The notes: generated from the letters alone by a model not told the origin. DNA of 64,000 nucleotides from Thermodesulfovibrionia bacterium (GCA_041500225.1 JBGQLV010000003.1:215-64214); one strand, 5' to 3'. Shown: positions 1-9,448, numbered from the stretch's first letter. Program-made: numbers and translations.

Positions 1-387
1 CGGCACCCCTACCTGCCTTGCAAGAAGTATGTGCTCCCTCGTCTGCGGCATCGGCCCATCTGCTGCTGACACTACCAGTATCGCCCCATCCATCTGCGCT
101 GCTCCTGTAATCATGTTCTTTATGTAATCAGCATGACCAGGACAGTCTACATGTGCATAATGCCGCTTGTCTGTCTCATACTCTACATGCGCTGTCGCTA
201 TCGTTATTCCCCTTGCCTTCTCCTCTGGTGCATTGTCAATACTGTCAAATGACCTGTACTGTGCCTGCCCTTTCAACGATAGTATCTTTGTTATTGCTGA
301 TGTCAATGTAGTCTTCCCATGGTCTACATGACCTATCGTCCCTATGTTTGCATGAGGTTTTACTCTCTCAAATTTAGCCTTTGCCAT
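1..387 (-). CDS. tuf: Elongation factor Tu, N-terminal part (gene runs off the left edge)
   Basis: Reverse-strand translation from the ATG at 385-387 reads [29 protein letters not shown]...[26 protein letters not shown], with GTPase G1 and G3 motifs. A GGAGGG SD lies upstream. It is absent from the ORF track because no stop lies inside the window. Confidence 0.95.
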   Translation of the reverse strand, partial: MAKAKFERVKPHANIGTIGHVDHGKTTLTSAITKILSLKGQAQYRSFDSIDNAPEEKARGITIATAHVEYETDKRHYAHVDCPGHADYIKNMITGAAQMDGAILVVSAADGPMPQTREHILLARQVGVP

Positions 388-417
388 ATTCCCTCCTCTT
401 CACTATCATTCCTAAAA

Positions 418-490
418 AGCCCATGACCGGGATTGAACCGGTGACCTCATCCTTACCAAGGATGTGCTCTACCGACTGAGCTACATGGGC
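418..490 (-). tRNA. tRNA-Thr (anticodon GGT)
   Basis: The reverse complement GCCCATGTAGCTCAGTCGGTAGAGCACATCCTTGGTAAGGATGAGGTCACCGGTTCAATCCCGGTCATGGGCT folds as a cloverleaf. The anticodon loop is TTGGTAA. No CCA is encoded. Confidence 0.9.
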
Positions 491-613
491 AACTTAACTA
501 AAGTTACAAATGAAAAATCCTAAGTTAAAAGTTTTAAATCCACTTTTCTACTTTCTTTTTTAGCTAAAAACCCTTAACTCCTAACCGTAAATTTTGTTCT
601 GCAAAATTTACTT

Positions 614-688
614 TGGAGCGGGAAACGGGATTCGAACCCGCGACCCTCAGCTTGGAAGGCTGACGCTCTACCACTGAGCTACTCCCGC
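614..688 (-). tRNA. tRNA-Gly (anticodon TCC)
   Basis: The reverse complement reads GCGGGAGTAGCTCAGTGGTAGAGCGTCAGCCTTCCAAGCTGAGGGTCGCGGGTTCGAATCCCGTTTCCCGCTCCA. The anticodon loop is CTTCCAA and CCA is encoded. Confidence 0.9.
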
Positions 689-821
689 ATACCAAATAGC
701 TTAGAGTTTTTAGTTAGGAGTTCAGAATTAAAACAAATTATAATTTTTCCAATTTTAGTCTCCAAACTACGAACTCCAAACTCTAAACTCTAAACTGCAA
801 AAATTGCAAAACAAATTTTGC

Positions 822-906
822 TGGTGGAGAGGGGAGGATTCGAACCTCCGAAGGCTGTGCCGGCAGATTTACAGTCTGCTCCCTTTGGCCGCTCGGGAAC
901 CTCTCC
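822..906 (-). tRNA. tRNA-Tyr (anticodon GTA), long variable arm
   Basis: The reverse complement reads GGAGAGGTTCCCGAGCGGCCAAAGGGAGCAGACTGTAAATCTGCCGGCACAGCCTTCGGAGGTTCGAATCCTCCCCTCTCCACCA. The anticodon loop is CTGTAAA. Confidence 0.9.
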
Positions 907-907
907 A

Positions 908-983
908 TGGAGCCACCGAAGGGAATCGAACCCCCGACCCGCTGATTACAAATCAGCTGCTCTGCCTGCTGAGCTACGGTGGC
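908..983 (-). tRNA. tRNA-Thr (anticodon TGT)
   Basis: The reverse complement reads GCCACCGTAGCTCAGCAGGCAGAGCAGCTGATTTGTAATCAGCGGGTCGGGGGTTCGATTCCCTTCGGTGGCTCCA. The anticodon loop is TTTGTAA. Confidence 0.9.
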
Positions 984-1130
984 TTCATCTCATTCTTACT
1001 TTTAGTAAAAACGGAAAAAGACAACACTTATCCATTTAATTGAAATAGTAATTTAACAACTTTAATTATAAAATGGTCAATTGTAAAAATTCAAGGATAA
1101 ATTCGGTTATTTCTTTTTTTCTTGCTAAAA

Positions 1131-1952
1131 TTAGTTATTAAGCCGTCTTTGTCGTAATATCTCAAAAGCAAATATGCCTGCAGCAACAGAAACATTAAGA
1201 GAGTTTATTTTGCCTTGCATAGGAAGGCTAACTAAAACATCACAGTTTTTTCTTACCGTCATCCTTATTCCCTTACCCTCAGAACCAAACACGAGGGCTA
1301 AGGGTACTTTAAAATTTAGTTCCCATACTAACTTATCTGCACCTGCTTCAGCACCAACTACTGTTATTCCCTGTTTTTTCATTTCATAGATTGCGTGCTT
1401 TATATTTGCTACCATGGCTACTGGTACATACTCAACAGCACCAGCAGAGACTTTTGATACCTCATAACCAAGGGTAGCAGACCTGTGTGATTGAATAACA
1501 ATGCCATGAATACCAGCAGCATCTGCTACCCTTAATATTGCGCCGAAATTTCTCGGATCTTCAATACAGTCAAGGATTATAAATAACGGAGTCTCTTTTC
1601 TCTTTAAGGGGATTTCAAATAATTCATCGAGCTCAACATAGCCTTTTGAAGTAACCTCCGCTGCAACTCCCTGATGGCCCTTACTGAAATTACTGTCAAA
1701 AAAAATTGGATCTGAGATTTTAACAGGTATCTTTCTGTCCGCAGCCTCTTTTTTTATTTCGAATACTTTATCGTGTCTACCGGAAGATATAAAAATACCT
1801 TTTATATTTCTGCCTGCCCTTATTGCCTCCAGCACAGGGTTCAGACCGTAAATCCATTCACTACCCGACCTTGACCTTCCAGTCTGTCCCGTCTTTTTTA
1901 TCTTCAAGGATGATCCCTTTTTCTTCGAGTTCTTTCCTGATTGCATCTGCAA
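1131..1952 (-). CDS. rlmB: SpoU/TrmH-family 23S rRNA 2'-O-methyltransferase (RlmB-like)
   Basis: The translation has the RlmB-type N-terminal substrate-binding region (IYGLNPVLEAIRAGR) and SpoU motifs (DPRNFGAILRVADAAG, FGSEGKGI, SLNVSVAAGI). The annotated start overlaps the cysS 3' end by about 90 nt, so the true start may be an internal or non-ATG codon. Confidence 0.8.
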   Translation of the reverse strand: MQMQSGKNSKKKGSSLKIKKTGQTGRSRSGSEWIYGLNPVLEAIRAGRNIKGIFISSGRHDKVFEIKKEAADRKIPVKISDPIFFDSNFSKGHQGVAAEVTSKGYVELDELFEIPLKRKETPLFIILDCIEDPRNFGAILRVADAAGIHGIVIQSHRSATLGYEVSKVSAGAVEYVPVAMVANIKHAIYEMKKQGITVVGAEAGADKLVWELNFKVPLALVFGSEGKGIRMTVRKNCDVLVSLPMQGKINSLNVSVAAGIFAFEILRQRRLNN

Positions 1953-3345
1953 TGTGCCAGTCTTTTTTTTGCCTTGCGTCCTGGCGCTCCTTTATTTTCT
2001 CAAGGATATTTTTTTCAGAAAGCCCGATGTTTCTTATCTCCATTAATGACAAGTACCACACATGAGGAGTTCTGCCGAATATATTCAGGATCTCCCCAGC
2101 TTCAAAGAGTAGTTCTTTTGTCTGTGATAAAAGGTTTCTGCTTTTTAAACCAGATGGTCTATTGTCGAGAAACCTGTTTGCCTCGCGTATTAATTCAAAG
2201 ATATGCCCGAGTGCAAGAGCAGTATTAAAATCATCATCCATTGCCTCTTCGAATTTCTCTCTGAACGAAAGAAGTAATCCTTCAAAGATTTTCCCGGCAT
2301 TTGAAAATTCTTCTTCCCCCCCATTTTTTTTTTCGAGGGACGTAGATACTATCAACGTCCCGAGGAAATCATTGATCCTGACTATTGTCGTGTAATATCT
2401 GTCTATAGAACTTTCAGCCTCACGTAATTGATCATCAGAAAATTCTATCGGACTCCTATAATGTGTCGAAAGCAAGAAAAACCTGACTACCTCAGGATCA
2501 AACTTATCAAGAACTTCTTTTATAGTAAAGAAGTTGCCGAGAGATTTCGACATCTTCTCTTTATCAATTGTAATAAATCCATTATGAATCCAGTATTTAG
2601 CAAAGGGTTTTCCTGTAAACGCTTCTGACTGGGCAATCTCATTTTCATGATGAGGGAAGAGTAAATCAGCACCGCCGCCATGAATATCAAAGCTTTCGCC
2701 AAGGTGTTTTATAGACATTGCAGTACATTCAATATGCCAGCCCGGTCTGCCTGACCCCCAGGGACTCTCCCAAGATGGTTCACCTTCTTTTGATTTTTTC
2801 CACAAAGCAAAATCTAACGGATTTTTCTTTCTCTCATCCACTTCAACTCTTGCCCCGGCCATCATTTCTTCCATGTCCTTCTTTGATAAGTTCCCATATC
2901 CAATGAATTTGTCTACTGAAAAATAAACGCTGCCCTTAACCTCATATGCATAGCCTTTTTCAATAAGTCCGTTGACAATGTCTATTATTTCTTCAATATG
3001 TTCTGTTGCCTTTGGTTCTATATCAGCCCTTCCAACGCCGAGCCTTTTCATGTCTTTATAATATTCATCTGTATATTTTCTGGCAACTGCATCCCAGGTA
3101 ATGCCTTCCTGCTTTGCCCTGTTGATTATCTTGTCATCTATATCAGTAAAATTCCTTACATATTTAACATCAAAACCCTTATATTTTATATATCTCCTAA
3201 TTACATCAAATACAATAGCGCTTCTTGCATGTCCTATATGGCAGTGGTCATAAACTGTTACCCCGCATGCATATATCTTTACCTTATTAGGAATCAAAGG
3301 TACGAATTCCTCTTTCCTGCCGGTAAACGTGTTATAAATCTTCAT
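1861..3345 (-). CDS. cysS: Cysteine--tRNA ligase
   Basis: A 494-aa ORF with class I aaRS motifs: HIGHARS (HIGH) and KMSKSLGN (KMSKS). The N-terminus YNTFTGRKEEF is typical of CysRS. Confidence 0.95.
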   Translation of the reverse strand: MKIYNTFTGRKEEFVPLIPNKVKIYACGVTVYDHCHIGHARSAIVFDVIRRYIKYKGFDVKYVRNFTDIDDKIINRAKQEGITWDAVARKYTDEYYKDMKRLGVGRADIEPKATEHIEEIIDIVNGLIEKGYAYEVKGSVYFSVDKFIGYGNLSKKDMEEMMAGARVEVDERKKNPLDFALWKKSKEGEPSWESPWGSGRPGWHIECTAMSIKHLGESFDIHGGGADLLFPHHENEIAQSEAFTGKPFAKYWIHNGFITIDKEKMSKSLGNFFTIKEVLDKFDPEVVRFFLLSTHYRSPIEFSDDQLREAESSIDRYYTTIVRINDFLGTLIVSTSLEKKNGGEEEFSNAGKIFEGLLLSFREKFEEAMDDDFNTALALGHIFELIREANRFLDNRPSGLKSRNLLSQTKELLFEAGEILNIFGRTPHVWYLSLMEIRNIGLSEKNILEKIKERQDARQKKDWHIADAIRKELEEKGIILEDKKDGTDWKVKVG

Positions 3346-3505
3346 CTTCCCACTTTATTATACGTACAAATCATGTATGGAATTATACAACAATTCTGGT
3401 TTTGGTTATTTTAATCATTAAATAAACATTATTGTGTTTTTTGCTTGACTGCCTTTATGGATAATGGTGACAAGATAAAGACTGTTTTGGTAATATAATC
3501 ATTAA

Positions 3506-3922
3506 ATGGAACATAGCAATGCAGAATACTTTAACATGAAGACCATGATTGCAGATTACATGGAAAAAGGTTTTCTCGATAACATCATTGATATGTTTAA
3601 ACACGATAAAAGCCTTTATGAATATGTCGGGGACTTAATATCAGATGAAAGGATGAGGGTAAGGCTTGGGATTTCAGCGCTTATTGAGACATTAAAAGCA
3701 GAGGATTCAGAAAATATACCAAAAGCCATCCCGTATATCCTTCCACTTTTGAAGAATCAAAATCCAGTCTCCAGAGGCGATGCAGCCTATCTCCTCGGAG
3801 TAATCGGACGCAGAGATGCCATCCCTTTCCTTAATGAAATAGCAAAAGATGAAGATGTAAATGTAAGTATTATTGCAAAAGAAGCGATAGAGGAAATTAA
3901 GTCAAATCTGCAAACCTTTTAA
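3506..3922 (+). CDS. HEAT-repeat (PBS-lyase-like) protein
   Basis: HEAT-like repeats are present (NPVSRGDAAYLLGVIGRRDAIPFLNEIAKDEDVNV). The function is unknown. Confidence 0.55.
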   Translation: MEHSNAEYFNMKTMIADYMEKGFLDNIIDMFKHDKSLYEYVGDLISDERMRVRLGISALIETLKAEDSENIPKAIPYILPLLKNQNPVSRGDAAYLLGVIGRRDAIPFLNEIAKDEDVNVSIIAKEAIEEIKSNLQTF

Positions 3923-4062
3923 TCTCTTACCGCTATTAACCACGACTGCTCCATTTTACTACTTGACAAATGGTTTCTTCATCCTACATAGTTAGTCTGC
4001 ACCTTTTAAAGCTCGTTAAGGGTTTTAAAAAGATAGCACCAAAAAATATAAAAGGAGGAAGA

Positions 4063-4374
4063 ATGAGTACGAGGCTTTATGTAGGCAACATCTCTTTCAA
4101 GGTAACGGAAGATGATGTAAAGAATCTGTTTTCTCAGGCAGGTGAGGTTGTTTCTGTCAAGCTTATTAAAGATGCAGCTACAGGTAGGTTGAGAGGGTTC
4201 GGCTTTGTGGAGATGGCCTCAAAGGAAGAAGGTCAGAAGGCGATTTCCATGTTTAATGGCAATAACTTTATGGACAGGAACATTGTTGTTAACGAGGCGA
4301 AACCACAGGAAATGCGAGGGAGAGGAGGCCAATCGAGGGAAAGAAGTAGTTTTGGCAGGGGGGGAAGAAGATAG
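4063..4374 (+). CDS. RRM-type RNA-binding protein with Arg/Gly-rich tail
   Basis: An internal ATG at 4063 is preceded by AAGGAGG (4052-4058). RNP-2 (LYVGNI) and RNP-1 (RGFGFVEM) motifs are present. The longer ORF-track start at 3970 lacks an SD. Confidence 0.85.
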   Translation: MSTRLYVGNISFKVTEDDVKNLFSQAGEVVSVKLIKDAATGRLRGFGFVEMASKEEGQKAISMFNGNNFMDRNIVVNEAKPQEMRGRGGQSRERSSFGRGGRR

Positions 4375-4407
4375 GCTTTCCTATATAGTTTTATCCAGCC
4401 AGCAAAG

Positions 4408-5253
4408 TCAGGATTTCTTTAGGAGCATCGAGCCAGTTGAAAGGCCAAGTTCTTTAGAAACCACATCACACTTGGATTGGAAAAGGAAGAATATTTTCTT
4501 TTCAGCGCCAATGAGTGTCTCAAAGTTACCCTGTCCTTTGCTTATCACCAGTTGAGCATCATTGAATATCTTCTGAAATACGGAGGATGTCCACTCGAGG
4601 ATTGTGCCAACAGCTTCAGAGCCGTTGTCAATTACATCGCAGACTTCCGTAAGGCCTGATTCTTCGGCGTCATCCATAGTGGAATCGTTAATTACAGGTG
4701 AGCCCTTAACGACCGCCTTAACTTCCTTGCCGAGCTGGATCAGGGTCTCTATAAGAAGTCTGTCAAATACAATCTCTCCTGCATTGTCCGTAAGGTAAAG
4801 GATTTTATCTGCGATAGAAATAGCATTTTTAAAGCTGCTGTAGTCATCCACGGCTAATTGGTTGTTAAGCGCCTTGCGGATGGCTCCTTCAATGTCTACA
4901 GAGGTAAATATTCCAAAGTCTATTACATTCCCGGCAATTGCAAGCCTTGTAGATATCCATAAAGGGTCAGGACTTTTTTCAATAGTGGTTTTCAAGGAAG
5001 GATATAGTCTGAGTGCAATCTGGTTATATTCAGATTTTATCTCCTTGAATGGATCTATGCCGAGCATCTGCCTTATTTTCTTATGGATAAATGTGGTTGT
5101 ATATGCAGGTGGTTTTGATATATCGGTATTCTGGATATAATCGAGAGTACTTTTTAGTATAGTCTCCCGTAATGATTCGTCTTTCGTCCCGAGCCTGAGT
5201 GCAATAATAGATTGCCTAAGGAAGCATGGAAAACAATCGAGATGTACTCTCAT
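4408..5253 (-). CDS. DUF89 / ARMT1-like damage-control phosphatase family protein
   Basis: The N-terminal CFPCFLRQ motif and the DNAGEIVFD and KGQGNFE motifs are characteristic of the DUF89 family as I recall it. Confidence 0.7.
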   Translation of the reverse strand: MRVHLDCFPCFLRQSIIALRLGTKDESLRETILKSTLDYIQNTDISKPPAYTTTFIHKKIRQMLGIDPFKEIKSEYNQIALRLYPSLKTTIEKSPDPLWISTRLAIAGNVIDFGIFTSVDIEGAIRKALNNQLAVDDYSSFKNAISIADKILYLTDNAGEIVFDRLLIETLIQLGKEVKAVVKGSPVINDSTMDDAEESGLTEVCDVIDNGSEAVGTILEWTSSVFQKIFNDAQLVISKGQGNFETLIGAEKKIFFLFQSKCDVVSKELGLSTGSMLLKKS

Positions 5254-5255
5254 CT

Positions 5256-5756
5256 TTAGTTGTTATAGCCTTGCAGTGTCCTTGACTTTTTCTCGACTTC
5301 TTCAGCCATTTTCTTCCTGTAGCCTTTCAGTCTTTTTACAACCTCAGGGTCTTTCCTGCCGATAATCTGGGCAGAAAGGATTGCAGCATTTTTTGCACCT
5401 GCCTTGCCTATTGCCATTGTCGCAACAGGTACCCCAAACGGCATCTGGACTGTAGAAAGAAGGGAGTCAAGACCATTAAGAGGTGGTGAATCAATGGGTA
5501 CTCCTATTACAGGGACGATTGTATGCGCTGCAAGTACTCCAGCTAAGTGAGCTGCCATACCAGCACCTGCGATAATTACTTCGATGCCTTTGTCCTCAGC
5601 CTCAGATGCAAGCCGTGTTGTACGTTCCGGCGTTCTGTGTGCAGAGGCAATAACTGTCTCATAAGAAATTCCAAGTTTTTTAAGTATCTTCACCGTCTCT
5701 TCCATAACAGGCATGTCAGAATCACTTCCCATGACTATCAAGACCTGTGTCTTCAT
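5256..5756 (-). CDS. purE: N5-carboxyaminoimidazole ribonucleotide mutase
   Basis: The VMGSDSD and SAHRTPE motifs and the AGMAAHLAGV motif are present. An ATGA overlap links it to purD. Confidence 0.9.
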   Translation of the reverse strand: MKTQVLIVMGSDSDMPVMEETVKILKKLGISYETVIASAHRTPERTTRLASEAEDKGIEVIIAGAGMAAHLAGVLAAHTIVPVIGVPIDSPPLNGLDSLLSTVQMPFGVPVATMAIGKAGAKNAAILSAQIIGRKDPEVVKRLKGYRKKMAEEVEKKSRTLQGYNN

Positions 5757-7033
5757 GTTTTCTCCTTGTTAAATGCATTATTACCAATATCCTTTCTGTA
5801 ATGCATACCGTCAAAATGTATCTTTTCTACTGTATTATATACCTTTATTTTTGCATCTTTTATGTCAGCTCCGGTGGCTGTTATGCTGAGGACCCTGCCA
5901 CCTGAGGTAACAATATCTTTATTGTTAAATGATGTATCTATATGGAAAACGGCGGTATCCTTTACTGCCTTTATTTTTTCGAGTCCTGTTATAATCACGC
6001 CTTTCCGGTAGCTACCAGGGTAACTCTTCGAAGAAACTACAATGCATATTGATGCCTTCTGCCTCCACTCTATATCGATATCAGACAGCCGTTCTTCTAT
6101 AATCGCTAACGCCATCTCTGTAAAATCTGTTTTGAGTCTTGGAAGGATAGTTTGTGCTTCCGGATCGCCAAAACAACAGTTGAATTCAAAGACATAAGGT
6201 TTTCCTTTGTACACTATCAGGTCTGCAGAAAGGATACCTTTATATTTTATCCTTTCTGAATTTAGTCCCTTTAGTACAGGTCTCATAATCTTTTCCATTA
6301 TAATGGGTTCGAGCTCTTCGGTAATGATAGGCGATGGACTATAAGCACCCATACCTGCTATGTTTGAACCTGTATCACCATTAAATATGTGTTGGTATTT
6401 ATGTAAACTTGTGAGCGGCATGATAGTTTTCCCATCCGTTAATGTTATAAAAGATACCTTTTCACCTTTAAGACTTTCTTCTATAATTACCCGATTGCCT
6501 GCGTCACCAAAGATTCTGTCTTTCATAATCAGCTTGAGGGCATCTATTGCCTCTTCTACTGTGGAAGCCCAAAATACTCCTTTGTCTTCGGAAAATCCAT
6601 CTGCCTTTATTACTATGGGTGTGCCCTTTAAATTAACATAATCCTGTGCATGAAGGTATGAGGTAAAGACTTTGTATTCGGGAATCGGAATACGATGAAG
6701 TCTCATAAGATTTTTTGCAAATACCCTGCTTGACCTTAGCTGTGCAGCGCTTCTGTTCGGGCCTAAAATCCTGCACCCTTCTTTTTCAAAGGCATTAACA
6801 ATACCTCTTGAAAGAAGTTCTTCAGTCCCGACAATTGTAAGGTCAACCCACTCGTATTTTACAAAATCAATAAGTGCACTAAAATCATTGGGGCTAACAT
6901 CTATGCATTCGGCTATCTCGGCTATGCCTGCATTTCCAGGACAGCAGTAAATCCTGTTAATATGTCTGCTCTGGGATAATTTCCATGCAATTGCATGTTC
7001 CTTTCCGCCTCCACCAATAACAAGTACCTTCAT
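5753..7033 (-). CDS. purD: Phosphoribosylamine--glycine ligase
   Basis: A 426-aa ATP-grasp protein that starts MKVLVIGGGGKEHAIAWKL. Its length and pattern are typical of PurD. Confidence 0.95.
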   Translation of the reverse strand: MKVLVIGGGGKEHAIAWKLSQSRHINRIYCCPGNAGIAEIAECIDVSPNDFSALIDFVKYEWVDLTIVGTEELLSRGIVNAFEKEGCRILGPNRSAAQLRSSRVFAKNLMRLHRIPIPEYKVFTSYLHAQDYVNLKGTPIVIKADGFSEDKGVFWASTVEEAIDALKLIMKDRIFGDAGNRVIIEESLKGEKVSFITLTDGKTIMPLTSLHKYQHIFNGDTGSNIAGMGAYSPSPIITEELEPIIMEKIMRPVLKGLNSERIKYKGILSADLIVYKGKPYVFEFNCCFGDPEAQTILPRLKTDFTEMALAIIEERLSDIDIEWRQKASICIVVSSKSYPGSYRKGVIITGLEKIKAVKDTAVFHIDTSFNNKDIVTSGGRVLSITATGADIKDAKIKVYNTVEKIHFDGMHYRKDIGNNAFNKEKT

Positions 7034-7088
7034 TTTTCAAATAACCTCTGCTGCGATTTATAGTGAAAAACTTAATACATTTACATAA

Positions 7089-7172
7089 TTCACCCTCCCC
7101 TTATATCCCCTCCCATCAATCCCGAAAGTTTTCGGGACTCTCCCCCTGTGGGAGAGGGTTAGGGTGAGGGGG
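7089..7172. repeat. Imperfect G/C-run palindromic intergenic element
   Basis: The arms TCACCCTCCCCTTATATCCCCTCCCA and TGGGAGAGGGTTAGGGTGAGGGGGA are roughly reverse-complementary. They enclose a perfect 8-bp-stem hairpin, TCCCGAAA-gt-TTTCGGGA (7119-7136). Confidence 0.6.
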
Positions 7173-7180
7173 ATGTAAAC

Positions 7181-7801
7181 TTAATTTTGACTTTCACTAT
7201 ATTTTTTTTCTGTTACCTTTGTAAGGTAATCAGCAATTATTGCATCGTATCCTGATGTATGTCTGAAGACCTTTTTTGCAAGTTCTAATCTCGTAGCGTA
7301 ACTCAGGTCCCCATTAAGGCTTTTCATTTCCTTAAGGACCTTTTCATAGTCAGAGGGATCAACTATGACAGCAACATCCTGAAAGTTTTTTGATGCTGAT
7401 CGTAGCATTGCAGGGCCGCCAATATCAATATTCTCTATTGCCTCTGCAAAAGAAACACCTGGCTTTGAGATCGTCTCTTCAAATGGATACAGGTTTACCA
7501 CCACCATCTCTATTGTATCAATTTCGTACTTCTTTAACTCTTCCATGTCCTTTGGATTACTCCTTCTTGAAAGTAATCCACCGTGAATCCTGGGGTGAAG
7601 AGTCTTCAACCTTCCATCAAGCATTTCAGGAAAACCAGTGTACTCTGATACATCTTTTACAGAGATGCGAGCATCTCTTAAAGTTTTTGCCGTTCCTCCT
7701 GTTGAGAGTATCTCAATACCCATTGAGTTAAGTGCCTTTGCAAATTCTAAAAGGTCTTTCTTGTTTGAAACACTTATAATCGCCCTCTTAATCTTTGGCA
7801 T
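7181..7801 (-). CDS. purH: IMP cyclohydrolase domain of PurH (stand-alone; no AICAR formyltransferase domain)
   Basis: The motifs [28 protein letters not shown] and [15 protein letters not shown] match the PurH N-terminal (MGS-like) domain. The ORF stops at 206 aa in the inter-domain linker. Confidence 0.8.
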   Translation of the reverse strand: MPKIKRAIISVSNKKDLLEFAKALNSMGIEILSTGGTAKTLRDARISVKDVSEYTGFPEMLDGRLKTLHPRIHGGLLSRRSNPKDMEELKKYEIDTIEMVVVNLYPFEETISKPGVSFAEAIENIDIGGPAMLRSASKNFQDVAVIVDPSDYEKVLKEMKSLNGDLSYATRLELAKKVFRHTSGYDAIIADYLTKVTEKKYSESQN

Positions 7802-7810
7802 CTGACCTCC

Positions 7811-8500
7811 CTAATTCTTTATGTATCCTTTTTCCATCATACTTGTATATTTCCCATCTCCTATGATTACGTGGTCGAGAACCTTTATGCCGACTATCTC
7901 ACCCGCATTGAAAAGCCGGTCTGTTATAGATATATCTTCACGGCTTGGGCTTGTATCACCGCTTGGGTGATTGTGGACAAAAATAACAAATGCTGCTGAT
8001 TCCTTTATCGCATCCCTAAACGCCTCGCGAGGATGTATCAATGAATTGGTGAGCGTTCCTTCAGAGACACGGCAATCTTTGAATATCCTGTTTTTTGCAT
8101 CTAACATCGCACAGTGGAAGACTTCTTTCTTCAGATTCTTAAAACGTCGGTTATAGTATGAATACACATCCTTGCCGGATGAAAAAACAGGACCTTTTTC
8201 ATTAGGTTCTTCAAGCATCCTTTTCCCGAGTTCAAAGGCAGCCTTTAGTTGTGCAACTTTTGCATTTCCCATGCCCTTGAAAGACGTAAACTCCACGAGA
8301 GATGCATTTTCTATATTTTTCAGGTCTCCAAACGAATTCAAAATCTCTATCGCAAGGTCAATAGCACTCTTGCCTCCTCCTCCAGTACGAAGTATTATTG
8401 CAAGGAGTTGCGCCTCTGATAGATTATGGGCGCCGTGTTTTAACAGCCTTTCTCTTGGTCTTTCGCCTTCAGGCCATTTTTTGATACTTTGATATCCCAT
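7811..8500 (-). CDS. radC: RadC-family JAB-domain protein
   Basis: An N-terminal HhH region (ERPRERLLKHGAHNLSEAQLLAIILRTG) and the JAMM motif HNHPSGDTSPSREDI are present. Confidence 0.85.
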   Translation of the reverse strand: MGYQSIKKWPEGERPRERLLKHGAHNLSEAQLLAIILRTGGGGKSAIDLAIEILNSFGDLKNIENASLVEFTSFKGMGNAKVAQLKAAFELGKRMLEEPNEKGPVFSSGKDVYSYYNRRFKNLKKEVFHCAMLDAKNRIFKDCRVSEGTLTNSLIHPREAFRDAIKESAAFVIFVHNHPSGDTSPSREDISITDRLFNAGEIVGIKVLDHVIIGDGKYTSMMEKGYIKN

Positions 8501-8547
8501 GAATGGAAAATTTTAGCATCTGTAACAATCATTGGTAAAGGGAATAA

Positions 8548-8576
8548 TTGACGATGTTTTGTGGCTATGCTAAGAT
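8548..8576 (+). promoter_or_regulatory. Putative sigma70-type promoter
   Basis: TTGACG (8548-8553), a 17-nt spacer, then TAAGAT (8571-8576), upstream of the pseudopilin gene. Confidence 0.3.
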
Positions 8577-8680
8577 GCAATATACAGGATACAAGATGCG
8601 AGTAGCTAATAAACTTGCAAACCATGTATATCAAGAATTATGTATCATATAGTTTAAGATTAGGAAAAACGAGTGAAGAA

Positions 8681-9115
8681 ATGAAGAATAAAGAAAAACA
8701 AAAACATTACGGGAATAGAGATGGATTTACACTTATTGAACTTATTGTTGTTATGGTTATTCTCGGACTCCTTGCTGCACTTGTAGGGCCAAGATTTTTC
8801 GGTAAGGTTGAAAAGGCTACTCAATCTGCTGCAAAAACAGAGGTAGAAATGCTTGGCCAGGCCCTTGATCTGTTCAAGCTTGATACAGGCAGATATCCAA
8901 CTACAGCAGAAGGTTTGAATGCGCTTATGGTTAACCCCGGGATACCGAATTGGGACGGGCCTTATTTAAAGAAAGCATTGCCGATTGATCCATGGAAAAG
9001 ACCATATAATTATCAATCGCCGGGAACTCACGGAGATTATGACCTTTCCTCATACGGGCCTGACGGCTCACCTGGAGGAGAGGGTGAAAACAAGGACATC
9101 AATAGCTGGGAATAA
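8681..9115 (+). CDS. gspG: Type II secretion major pseudopilin GspG-like
   Basis: A prepilin cleavage/methylation motif (GFTLIELIVVMVILGLL) is followed by GspG-type motifs (LDTGRYPTTAEGLNAL, WDGPYL, DPWKRPYNYQSPG, DLSSYGPDG). I took the start at the internal ATG 8681; the ORF track starts at 8615. Confidence 0.8.
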   Translation: MKNKEKQKHYGNRDGFTLIELIVVMVILGLLAALVGPRFFGKVEKATQSAAKTEVEMLGQALDLFKLDTGRYPTTAEGLNALMVNPGIPNWDGPYLKKALPIDPWKRPYNYQSPGTHGDYDLSSYGPDGSPGGEGENKDINSWE

Positions 9116-9305
9116 AGTGTTTATGCCTGAGATTTGACCTGACATTTTTTGTCAGTTAGATGCCTCTGTGAGATATATAGTGAATGCCAGTAACTATCAA
9201 AAGATATAGGCCTATGAAAGCAGAATTTTCAAACCCATTGATTTCCCTTTTATTTTTTATCTGTTTTTTGTATATTATTTCATAATCTTAACCCTGTTTG
9301 GGGGC

Positions 9306-9321
9306 TGGCATAAAGCTTGCT
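9306..9321 (+). promoter_or_regulatory. Putative sigma54 (-24/-12) promoter
   Basis: TGGCAT-aaagc-TTGCT matches the TGGCAC-N5-TTGCW consensus. It lies about 130 nt upstream of the pilin ATG at 9449. Confidence 0.45.
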
Positions 9322-9448
9322 TATTATTCTGGTAAGGATGGTATATAAGGAGGTGATGCTTAAAACCAATAGGAGTGCTTAGTAGTTAGAAAGGGAAAGT
9401 GGTCATTTACATTGACCACTAAGACTAAAGACTAATAAGGAGGTAAAA

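Noticed and set aside
500-820. Short AT-rich tandem-like motifs between the tRNAs (e.g. ctccaaactacgaactccaaactctaaactctaaactgc) that could be mistaken for a CRISPR-like array
   Set aside because: The units are only 5-8 nt long and irregular, with no repeat-spacer periodicity. This is simple-sequence filler. No cas genes occur anywhere in the window.
804-1043. ORF-track entries 804-1043 and 818-1039 on the plus strand
   Set aside because: They lie antisense across tRNA-Tyr and tRNA-Thr, so they are spurious.
9139-9155. A small hairpin CTGACA-ttttt-TGTCAG after the gspG-like gene, considered as a terminator
   Set aside because: The stem is only 6 bp and AT-containing, and no clear U-tract follows, so it is too weak to annotate.
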